From Tetramitus jugosus (Eukaryota; Protista; Heterolobosea): 64,000 nt of DNA. Shown piece after piece: positions 13,501-22,803 of the stretch. Within the stretch, counting starts at the first letter, position 1; each line of letters begins with the position of its first letter. Location of the stretch: NCBI GenBank assembly GCA_937625935.1, contig OW569356.1, positions 513,007 through 577,006 of the forward strand, written 5' to 3'. The translations under genes and the position numbers were made by a program. The notes below the pieces were generated by a model that worked only from the letters and a program-made list of their open reading frames with translations, was not told where the DNA came from and searched no databases.

Positions 13501-16024
13501 TTGAATTCAATTATTGGAGTGATTGCTGTCTCGTATTCAGTGTATTTTGTACTGATTTTCATTCCCTCTTCTATCCTCTTTTTTATTGAGAGGAAGCGTA
13601 TTTTATCTTTGTTTGATTACTTACCTAAGGAGATCGTAGGTCAAGTTTATCACAGCATGATAGATAACACTGTTCAGGAACATGATAGCAAAATTGTTGT
13701 TTCAAGTCTATCTCTCCCAATAATCAAAGTATTCATCGTGTATGTACAGCACTCGTCTTTACTTATTTTTTTGTTCTTTCTAACTCTTTGTTCGATAGTT
13801 CTCTGGTAGTACTACTGATAAGTTTAGTGTGTGTAGCAGTTGTGATTGCACATTCAGCTCTGCAGCTGTATGGAGAGTCAGGCACTTCAGAGTTGATGTC
13901 ATATTGCGGTAGATTAGGTCGCAATGTGATGGAAGTCGTTCTTATTACGGGGGAAACTATTTTACCAGATCCTCAATTAAAATTTGATGAACACCATGGG
14001 ATAGAGAGAGTAGTTGAACTGCTGGGAGAAACTCGGGAGAACTGGAATTCTCTAGCCTATGGTACTGGGACAAAGATTGGAAGAGGAGTGTTCGGGTTCA
14101 CACCTGAAATTAATCAGTACATTAAGAATGATGTTTGTTTATTGGGTGTATTCTCCAGTTCGGATGAAGAAAGATGGTATTGTAAGAGTACAGAATCTTT
14201 GGTGGAGCGTCTAATCTTCAAGATTGGGGTTCTATCGTACAATTATCATACTCTGAACATAACCGAAAGAATGATAATTTACAAGACAACAATGAGCATA
14301 GCCAACGCCATAAATGATAGATCAGTATGTAAATTTATAGTACTGTAGTACTACAGATAATGATGACTTACTCTTGAATTAGATCAAAATTACCGAGCCC
14401 TTTGCTGCATATTCCGAGGAAGAGTCTGGATTAGGTTTTCAAATCTACTACTTATTCATTGTTTGTATACTACTGATTTTGTTCTTGAGTATCCCTCTAT
14501 TGCTATGGATGCATGAAGAAACAAAGGTCAACCATTCGATTAGGAAGATGTTGTATTTCATATCACCGGACTGTATATCTAGTATTCCAGAAATCAGCAG
14601 TTATGTTTACAATCATACTTTCTCCAGGCGAAAAGAAAAAACAATTGAAGACTCCACAAAAACGAAATCGATCCTGGAAACATCTACGGATGGTGTTGTT
14701 CTTTGCTCAACGAATAGTTACATCATAGAATTAAACAACTCCGCTAAGGTCATGTGGAGCATGTCTGATACTGATGTCGTGGGTACTTCTCTGATTCAAT
14801 GGTTCAAAGAGAAGGAAGAGTTAAGTTTGTTGCTCAAGGAAGTAGTCAAGACAGGAAAGAAAGTATCAAACAAAGAATTTTCTGGAGTAACAAGGTCAGG
14901 TGATTCATTCCCAGTGAAGTTGTCGCTAGGTGTTGGTCGATGGGGTAACACTGTCGTAATTACTATTTTCGTTAGAGATTGCTCTGTCGAATTCAAACAA
15001 AATGCACTGATTCAACAAGAGAAAAAGAACAGTGAAAACTTGCTGTTGAACATTCTTCCAGCTCCTGTTGCCTTGCGGTTGAAGAAGGGAGAAACTCAAC
15101 CCATTTCCGAAACAATCGAAGATGCCACATGTTTTTTTAGTGACATGGTTGGTTTTACAAAGATGAGTAGTACTATGTCTGCTTCTGAACTGGTTGAGCT
15201 CTTGAATGACATTGTGAGCAAGTTTGATGAATTATGTAACTACCATGAGCTAGAAAAAATCAAAACAATAGGTGATGCTTATTGTAAGTACGATACCACT
15301 TGTATTCTTATACATCGGTAGGCTAACAAACAGTATTTTAACACATATTAGTTGCTGTGGGTGGATTACATGGATCTGATAGAAATCATCCAGAGAAGGT
15401 GATTCGATTCGGTCTGGATATCATTGCGTCCCTTGCCAAGTATCAAGGAGCCATTCAAATTCGTTGTGGTTGTCACACTGGCCCAATAGTTGCAGGTGTT
15501 ATCGGATCGACAAAGTTTGCTTATGATGTTTGGGGTGACACTGTCAACGAAGCTTCAAGGTAAGGAGATTGCTTATTGTTTTTGTCATCTAACTTATGAG
15601 ATAATCGACTTACTAATGTTGTGATACTTGCCCCAACAGAATGGAATCCACTGGTGTGCCCATGAAGGTACAATGCAGTCGAGCAACCTATGAACGATGT
15701 TACGATATCTTTGAGTTTGAAGAGAGACCAGGTGTCTATGTGAAAGGAAAGGGAGAGAAAACTTGCTACATTGTATTGAGAGCGAAGGAAGATGTTAGTT
15801 TAGAAAAAGTGAAACCCAAGAAAAGCCCAGCAGACCTTTCTGCATTTTCCCAAACAGAGAAACGATCTTCCTTGTTGCCTCCTATCCCATCTTCACTGGA
15901 AGAGTCACCATCACTGACCCTCACCAAAGATGCCCTCAAACAACACGAAAGTTTACTAGCATCTGAGCCCACCGCTCTACTCATTGATGACTTGGTAGAT
16001 GAACAAACTCCTAATTCAAGTTAG
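10577..16024 (+). CDS. Multi-exon, multi-pass membrane class III adenylyl cyclase with PAS domain
   Basis: A series of hydrophobic exons precedes a PAS domain ([12 protein letters not shown]...FPVKLSL). The cyclase core is FFSDMVGFT / [10 protein letters not shown] / [16 protein letters not shown]|MESTG; Lys and Asp at the specificity positions indicate ATP. Introns checked at 13191-13253, 15284-15351 and 15560-15639. The start and the other exon borders are approximate. Confidence 0.85.
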
Positions 16025-16169
16025 AAGCACTCGCCTAGTCCAGCATCCTTCACGGAATTTCCGCAAAAGGTTCAAATTACGAGTGGAGGAGTTTTTTGGT
16101 CTTGCAGCCATGCAAAAAAATAGCGACGTCGGGCTCAAAAACAAACTGCTGCAAAAACAAAAATCTCGA

Positions 16170-17825
16170 ATGCACTACCAACCACCGCCACCACTGTATG
16201 ATGATGGTACTACAATGACAACAACATCAAGCACACAACTCAATCATGACAATGATCACAATACGACAAACAACAATAATACTAATAAAACAACAACAAC
16301 AACGACCTCACCAACAATCATGAATCAACATTGGTTGAACAGTAGTAGCAGCACACCAAAAACAATATCAAGTTATCAATTGCAACACATGCTTCACACT
16401 GATCCACTCAATGTTCTCATACTGGACTGTCGCTCTCATCAATCTCACTTCAACAAGAGTCACATATTAACTGCTCTTCACTGTGGATCACTCCACAACA
16501 ACAACAACAACAAGATGAAAAATGATCATGAAATTGATGAAACAAATGCAAAACAACTAGAGAATGAATTTTTATCGTTTCAAGATCGAATTTTCTTTAG
16601 ACAGAGAGAATTTGTGGATACTATCGTATTGTACACTTCTGTATCACCACCACCATCATTACTCAACAACAACAATGATAACAATAATGATGATATGAGT
16701 AATCATGCCATTGGTGAATGTTTGGATAAGAAGAGTCATAGTAAGATGAATAATACTAATAATACTATTAATAATACTAATGATATTGATGTTGAGGATA
16801 ATGAGGTAGAGTGGCAGTGCATGACGCTGTTAGTGAATGCGATGAAGGAGGAACAATTGAATGAAAAAATCTATATTTTAGAACATGGGTTTACGCATTT
16901 TCAAACTCATTGTCCACTCTATTGTGAGTACAATTATAATGATAAGCGAGCAATGATGGATTCTGTGTCGGGTGATGATACTGCTAGTCATCATCATCAT
17001 CATAGTGATGCAGTGACGAGTGATGATGACAATGATGAAAAGACGAACAGGACGAATGATGAGAATGGCAATAGTCATCATCATCAGATGAAATCCGTGG
17101 TTCATTGCATGTCCAAGAAACAACGATTGCAATTGTGTCACAAACGACTCTTTGGTAGCTTTACGCATAAAATGAGTTGTGAATCGCCCTCGAAGCTTCT
17201 TCCGTTTCTTTATTTGGGTAGTGCTCAGAATTCATTCAATTTGGATCAGATGAAACAATTGAACATTTCATGTATTGTCAATATGGCACTCGAAGTCGAA
17301 AATTTTTATCCCGAACTATTTCACTACATCAAGTGTGACTTGTTGGATGATGAAACAGCGGATGTTAGTATTCACTTTGAAGAAACGTTTCAGTTTATTG
17401 AACGAGCCAGAAAGAATCGACAGCGTATTCTGATTGCGTGTTTTATGGGCATGTCTCGCAGTGCATCAGTATCGATTGCTTACATCATGAGAGCCAAGCG
17501 TTGGACAATGAAAAAGTCATACATGTTCGTAAAGAAGCAAAGACCTATCATTAATATTAACTCTGCGTTCATGTATCAGCTGATGAGCTACGAGGTTTCA
17601 TTGTTTGGCGAATCGAGTTTTCCCATTATTTTCAAATCATCTGCGTGTCATTCACTTTGTCATCATACGAATCTGAATAAAGGAATTGATGATGATGAAA
17701 AGGAAATCAACATATCCAAGAGTGAGTCTAATGATAGCAAGGTGTTAAAGGACAATCAGCCGACGACTCCACTACCATCGAAATCGATCCAAGTATCTGA
17801 TTCGATGAACATTTTGCTATCCTAG
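16170..17825 (+). CDS. MAP kinase phosphatase-like dual-specificity phosphatase (rhodanese + DSP)
   Basis: Rhodanese motifs LILDCR...SHI and LEHGFTHF; DSP motifs PFLYLGS and ACFMGMSRSAS (CX5R intact). Confidence 0.88.
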   Translation: MHYQPPPPLYDDGTTMTTTSSTQLNHDNDHNTTNNNNTNKTTTTTTSPTIMNQHWLNSSSSTPKTISSYQLQHMLHTDPLNVLILDCRSHQSHFNKSHILTALHCGSLHNNNNNKMKNDHEIDETNAKQLENEFLSFQDRIFFRQREFVDTIVLYTSVSPPPSLLNNNNDNNNDDMSNHAIGECLDKKSHSKMNNTNNTINNTNDIDVEDNEVEWQCMTLLVNAMKEEQLNEKIYILEHGFTHFQTHCPLYCEYNYNDKRAMMDSVSGDDTASHHHHHSDAVTSDDDNDEKTNRTNDENGNSHHHQMKSVVHCMSKKQRLQLCHKRLFGSFTHKMSCESPSKLLPFLYLGSAQNSFNLDQMKQLNISCIVNMALEVENFYPELFHYIKCDLLDDETADVSIHFEETFQFIERARKNRQRILIACFMGMSRSASVSIAYIMRAKRWTMKKSYMFVKKQRPIININSAFMYQLMSYEVSLFGESSFPIIFKSSACHSLCHHTNLNKGIDDDEKEINISKSESNDSKVLKDNQPTTPLPSKSIQVSDSMNILLS

Positions 17826-17954
17826 AGAGTAGTACGAATATTGCTATGCAATTGTGATTACTCTCTCATGACCACTCGTTTCACTGCTGGTAGGTCTCCC
17901 TAACATACGGTGTAGAGTCCATAATTCATGTGTGATGAGAAACTCTAAACACTC

Positions 17955-19670
17955 TCACTCAACAATCTTGAAGAGTATCATGAATGATTGGAACCTGTGT
18001 AGACATGCAGGTATGGTTAAGAAACAACTCCGTTGCTCTAAATCGAGCATACCAAATTGAAACCATTCCTTTTCTGCGTTCCTGGCTGACTTGGCGCATT
18101 GCTCATAGCTGTGTTGAAATTGACAGAATATTTTTGTGGGCTTAGGTCCAAGTAGATCTGGTCGTCTCACATAGAGACACAGTTGCAAATTTCGAGTTAG
18201 ATCTACAGTTGTTTGTCGGCCTCTGACTAACATATCTGCCTCTATCCAACAGAAGCACGCGTCCGCAGATAAGACTTTGCATATCTCAATAGGCATACAG
18301 CCCTCAATACAGATTCCGAAGGTATCTGTAGTGTCAGCCAGTTGATTGCTGTCTGCTTCATCGAGGGATGATTGGATGATTGGTCCAGATTTGTCAATTT
18401 TGCTCTGTTGTTTGTTGACAACATGAATGTACTTGACATTTGGTATGAGTGACGCACTGTTTAGCTGAGGAGAACTTGGCACAATATCATCACTCGTATC
18501 CTCAAAATCCAAGACTGTAGGTCTAATATCCATAAGTGAATGTCTACTTTCAGCTATTCTCTTTGGTAATGGAGAGGCAGTCTTGGGGATCAATTGTGGT
18601 GTATATTGAAGATCGCTCACTTGATAGAACAGAGCATTGATTTGAAGTTTCCATGCAAGTACCACCTCAATCATGCTATCATCACTACCCAACTGCCTAA
18701 ATTTGTGATCATCTACCAAGTACCAACATCCTGATGACTTGAGCACTGTTACATAATGTTTCCCATAATATCCGATGAAGGATATGAGCTCGGCTGTTTG
18801 ATTGGTATCAATACCAGCGAACATCTTTTTGAGCTTCAACGACGTCCGAAGCCTTAGCAGAGCAATCATTGCTCTGTGCTGTCTAGATTTCACGTTGTCA
18901 CTCTCCCAAGTGAGTCCGATACACAGCACACTAGGCACATCAAGAACGTACTTTCGAACCTTGCATTTGCCGCATTCACCACTGATGCAATTCTTTTCCT
19001 CTGATTCTGTTATTAATTTGAATAAATTTTCAAAGGATGAAGTCTTGAGTCGCTGACGTTGATTGCTAAGATTGACCATCTCTGTCACAGAGATGTACCA
19101 ACAGGGAGTTTGATAGACCAATGGCTCACCTCTCTCTCCACACTTTCCACATATCGTCTGCTCACTCACATTGATATCGAACACTGGTATATGTGAACAG
19201 ATGAGAGAGTTGTTAAGTTCGGTCAAAATAGCCTGAAAAGCCTCGCATGCGTCATCCATTTGATGCAGCTGAAATTTGCTTGAATGTTGATATGTTGTTG
19301 ACAGAGCCATTCTGACCTCCTCTGGCAGCAAAACACGATCATCACTGAACTCATAGTTCATAAACAGATTTCTCAACGAACAGAATACGCATGCCTCTTC
19401 TCCACCGGGCAGTCTGGAGTGATCATGCTCATCTTTATGGATCTTCATGAACAAATTCCTAAATGGTTCGCAGTGCCACATGATTTGTATGACTACATTG
19501 AGGAAGCAATTGTGCTCTCCCTTTCTGTTCTCGAGTCCTTTCATCGAGTTGGGTTGTTGTATGTGGTACGTGTCCTCTCTGGGCAGATCCATTGATTCAA
19601 CATGATTCGAAGGGTTAACACATGCAACATCTTTCAACTTCTTTCTCCATTGATTGATAGTGAGAAACAT
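17955..19670 (-). CDS. Ubiquitin-specific protease, USP53/USP54-like
   Basis: Cys box KGLENRKGEHNCFLNVVIQIMWH, QMDDACEAF, His box YYGKHY and WYLVDD. Confidence 0.85.
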   Translation of the reverse strand: MFLTINQWRKKLKDVACVNPSNHVESMDLPREDTYHIQQPNSMKGLENRKGEHNCFLNVVIQIMWHCEPFRNLFMKIHKDEHDHSRLPGGEEACVFCSLRNLFMNYEFSDDRVLLPEEVRMALSTTYQHSSKFQLHQMDDACEAFQAILTELNNSLICSHIPVFDINVSEQTICGKCGERGEPLVYQTPCWYISVTEMVNLSNQRQRLKTSSFENLFKLITESEEKNCISGECGKCKVRKYVLDVPSVLCIGLTWESDNVKSRQHRAMIALLRLRTSLKLKKMFAGIDTNQTAELISFIGYYGKHYVTVLKSSGCWYLVDDHKFRQLGSDDSMIEVVLAWKLQINALFYQVSDLQYTPQLIPKTASPLPKRIAESRHSLMDIRPTVLDFEDTSDDIVPSSPQLNSASLIPNVKYIHVVNKQQSKIDKSGPIIQSSLDEADSNQLADTTDTFGICIEGCMPIEICKVLSADACFCWIEADMLVRGRQTTVDLTRNLQLCLYVRRPDLLGPKPTKIFCQFQHSYEQCAKSARNAEKEWFQFGMLDLEQRSCFLTIPACLHRFQSFMILFKIVE

Positions 19671-19804
19671 TGTGAACCACGCGAATCAATACGTTTATCG
19701 TAGCTTGAGTGAAACGGGTTAAACGGACAAGTTTCTCCGTAGTAGAATTTTGAATGTCCAATAAATGCTTTATAAATAAGAGATTGATTGTGAGAAGTCA
19801 CAAA

Positions 19805-20491
19805 TTATGAAGTCTCAGGTGTTCCACCCAATGGAGCCATAGGGATTGTGATTGTTGGATGTCTCTTCGTCTCGACGAATTGCTTTACAAGCGGTCTGTT
19901 TGCAAAACTCTGGTAAAACTTGTACAATCTGTCGTACTGTTTAATTTGATCCAATCCAATAGGACGAACCAAATCCAAGTAACACCACATTGAATAATCG
20001 ACAAAGGTAACATGAGATCCAACCCAATACTCTTCACTTTCATTCAAAGCGAGATAATTTTCCAAGTCGCTCAATCTCTGTGGAATCGTCCCTTGAAGAA
20101 AAGTCTGCTTCTTGCTCTCCCATTCAAAATCCCAATAGAAACCCATAATCTCACGCAATGAATCCACATATGATTCTTGCACAATATCACAACGAATTGT
20201 CTCTAATGCACTCTTTCCGTACAGATTGTACTTTCTTGCCAAGTGACGAAGAATGGCCTGTGAATGCACAACGCACAGTCCAGAATCAACTTCTTCATAG
20301 AGTGGAACTTGATGGAATGGAAGCTTTCCTTCTTTGCTCAATTGTTCTTTACGTGCTGGCCATTCATGAATTGGAATATTCACTTCTTGATACTCAACTT
20401 GTTGTTCTTCAAGCAGGAGTCGAATTGGATCTACTCTGCCTCTAACGCCAAAGTATGTGAGTTTGATGTTGGGTGTTGTGGTGGATGTCAT
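19805..20491 (-). CDS. Glutathione S-transferase (Tyr-type, pi/mu/sigma-like)
   Basis: KLTYFGVRGRVDPIRLLL, LPFHQVP, SQAILRHLARKYNLYG and VTFVDY. Confidence 0.92.
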   Translation of the reverse strand: MTSTTTPNIKLTYFGVRGRVDPIRLLLEEQQVEYQEVNIPIHEWPARKEQLSKEGKLPFHQVPLYEEVDSGLCVVHSQAILRHLARKYNLYGKSALETIRCDIVQESYVDSLREIMGFYWDFEWESKKQTFLQGTIPQRLSDLENYLALNESEEYWVGSHVTFVDYSMWCYLDLVRPIGLDQIKQYDRLYKFYQSFANRPLVKQFVETKRHPTITIPMAPLGGTPETS

Positions 20492-20664
20492 TCTGCTTGG
20501 GTGTTGTGTTGTTATTCTATTCTGTGACACTGCACAAAAAAGTATCCACCTTTTAAAGTACAGATCACAACCACGGTGGTTCGAGCAAATTATGGAAGTG
20601 GGTCAACTCCAACCTTATTGTAAAGTCGAATCATGTTTGGGCATTCACTCGGAAGAAGTTTTAT

Positions 20665-22482
20665 TTACCAGAACAAAAAGGTATAGACACACTCTAGCTT
20701 TGATGGATTGTCATGTCGATAGACTCTGTAACTTCTGTGGGTAAACTCCAACACAGAGCCCCACCTGTCCATCAACAGAGCTCTTCCCTTGCGCTCCGTT
20801 CTCAAATGGCTGGTGCGCAGCACTTGAGCGCCACTTGTCGGATGATTCCGGATCAACTCTGTTCTCCGTTCTCTTTCTCTCTTGATGCTCTCCAGTGAAG
20901 AGGTAACTTGCAATGGCACAAACAAGTCATTGTACGATTTCAGTGAATCACCCGATGCATATCCCAATTTTTTCACTAGACCATCGGAAACGTACTCTAT
21001 ACTGGGCACTTCTCTACTAATGACCACACCCATTCGATCAGACGATAGTAGAGAATGATTTCTGCCCTGTTTCCACACATCCACATTAATCTTGAAATCA
21101 TTGGCTGAGAATTTAGGTAAATCACTCAGTATACTCTCTAGATTGGTCAATGTTTGATCTTCGTCACTGTCATTGCTGTCGTGGTTGTGCATCAGTATAG
21201 TCGGATCATCTCTTGCTATTGTTGGAGCGACAAGTGGAGGAGATGGTTCAAACAATCTCAATCCTCGCAAATGTTCATTGTCATTCACCATCATTGATGA
21301 TGATGATGAAAGAAATGGTGATGAAGATGGTACAAATTGTTCATTCAACAACAAGTAATCACTCTTGTTATTATTGTTAGTAGTATTAGTAGTAGTAGTA
21401 GAATGATAGTTGTTATTGTTGCTGTTGAGATAATCTGCCAACATGGATGAGAATTGTTGATCGTTGCCATAGAGACTCATCATTTGTTGTTCTAGTTGAC
21501 TCTGTGTACTGAAACCCAAATTGGCTGCATACGGTTGTTGTTGTTGTTGAGCTCTTGTATGATTCAATGAATGATTGTCCATCATCATCATTGTTGATTG
21601 AACATGTGGTGGATGAATAGATGATGATGATGATGATGATGATAATTGTTGTTGTTGTTGTTGTAAGAGTAATTGTTGTGCCATGTATTGACTCAATTGT
21701 TCTTGAGCACCAACAATAGGAGCAGTTTGAAGTAAAGATGATGATGATGATGCTTGATGATGAGAGTATTGTTGTTGTTGTTGTTGTAGTTGAGTACTAC
21801 TACTGCTACTGTCCATGATTCTAGCTCTCTTATTCTCTCTCATCAATGTACCATCTTGTTGCTGTTGTTGTTGCTCTTCAATCACACCTGCATTGGATAA
21901 CCTCTTTTGAGGCAACACTCCTGTTCTTGTTGCTGTTGATGCTGCTGCTGTTGTTGATGCTGTTTCAGTGTGTGATGTAATCATACCATCACTACCATTG
22001 ACAAACGTGTGTTGAAAACACAGTGAAAATTCTTGTTTTTTTTGTGAACGACCTCTTTTTTTAGCGGATTGAACATCGGTACACTCGAGTCCTAATCGTA
22101 CACAACGACCACATGGTCTTTCAAAGCCACATCTAGTGTGTCTTCTTTGACATTCGCCACAGGCTTTTGAGGCTCTTTTTCTACCGTTTGGATATGATTT
22201 TTTGTTTTGTGAGGATGATTGTTTTTCTCCATTGTTGTCATCGTCATTGTCATCGTCGGAGGAATCGTCATCTTGATTGTGGTGATGGTCGTGATGATGA
22301 TGATGATGATCATGATGACTTTGTTTGTTAGAGTGTGTTGGATGTTGTTGTATTGTATCTATTGCTGCCATTGTTGAGTCATTGCTATTGTGATTGTTGT
22401 AGTCTGAGAAAATAAAATCATCGCTGTGGGAAGGAGGAGGACTGGGAACGTCTCCGAAAAAGTCTAGGTCCAAGGTGAGCAT
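20665..22482 (-). CDS. Zn(II)2Cys6 binuclear-cluster transcription factor with possible C-terminal PAS-like domain
   Basis: RASKACGECQRRHTRCGFERPCGRCVRLGLEC, Q/S-rich middle region, C-terminal VVIS...IEYVSDGLVKKLGY. Confidence 0.85.
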   Translation of the reverse strand: MLTLDLDFFGDVPSPPPSHSDDFIFSDYNNHNSNDSTMAAIDTIQQHPTHSNKQSHHDHHHHHHDHHHNQDDDSSDDDNDDDNNGEKQSSSQNKKSYPNGRKRASKACGECQRRHTRCGFERPCGRCVRLGLECTDVQSAKKRGRSQKKQEFSLCFQHTFVNGSDGMITSHTETASTTAAASTATRTGVLPQKRLSNAGVIEEQQQQQQDGTLMRENKRARIMDSSSSSTQLQQQQQQYSHHQASSSSSLLQTAPIVGAQEQLSQYMAQQLLLQQQQQQLSSSSSSSSIHPPHVQSTMMMMDNHSLNHTRAQQQQQPYAANLGFSTQSQLEQQMMSLYGNDQQFSSMLADYLNSNNNNYHSTTTTNTTNNNNKSDYLLLNEQFVPSSSPFLSSSSSMMVNDNEHLRGLRLFEPSPPLVAPTIARDDPTILMHNHDSNDSDEDQTLTNLESILSDLPKFSANDFKINVDVWKQGRNHSLLSSDRMGVVISREVPSIEYVSDGLVKKLGYASGDSLKSYNDLFVPLQVTSSLESIKRERERRTELIRNHPTSGAQVLRTSHLRTERKGRALLMDRWGSVLEFTHRSYRVYRHDNPSKLECVYTFLFW

Positions 22483-22803
22483 TTGATTTATTACGAACGT
22501 TCGTTGTTGCAAGACAATGTTGTATCGGTTGATGGTTGTTTTGATGTACTTCCGAGTGTGATTGCTTTTCTTTGTTGCGTGGTGAACGAGGGGAGACAAG
22601 TTGGTTCTGTTTTGTCCAACGGGGAGTTGCGTGGTGATGATGGAGGAAGTTTTTTTTGCTCGGTGTTTCGTTTATTCCGCAGTAGCTGTACCCGATCGAT
22701 GGTCCCAAAAAGACGTTTGGATTTCTCCTTGTTTGTCCTTTTACGGGTGTTTGCCGAGAGGGGCAAGATAGATAGACGATCCAGCAACACGACCAGACCA
22801 GTT

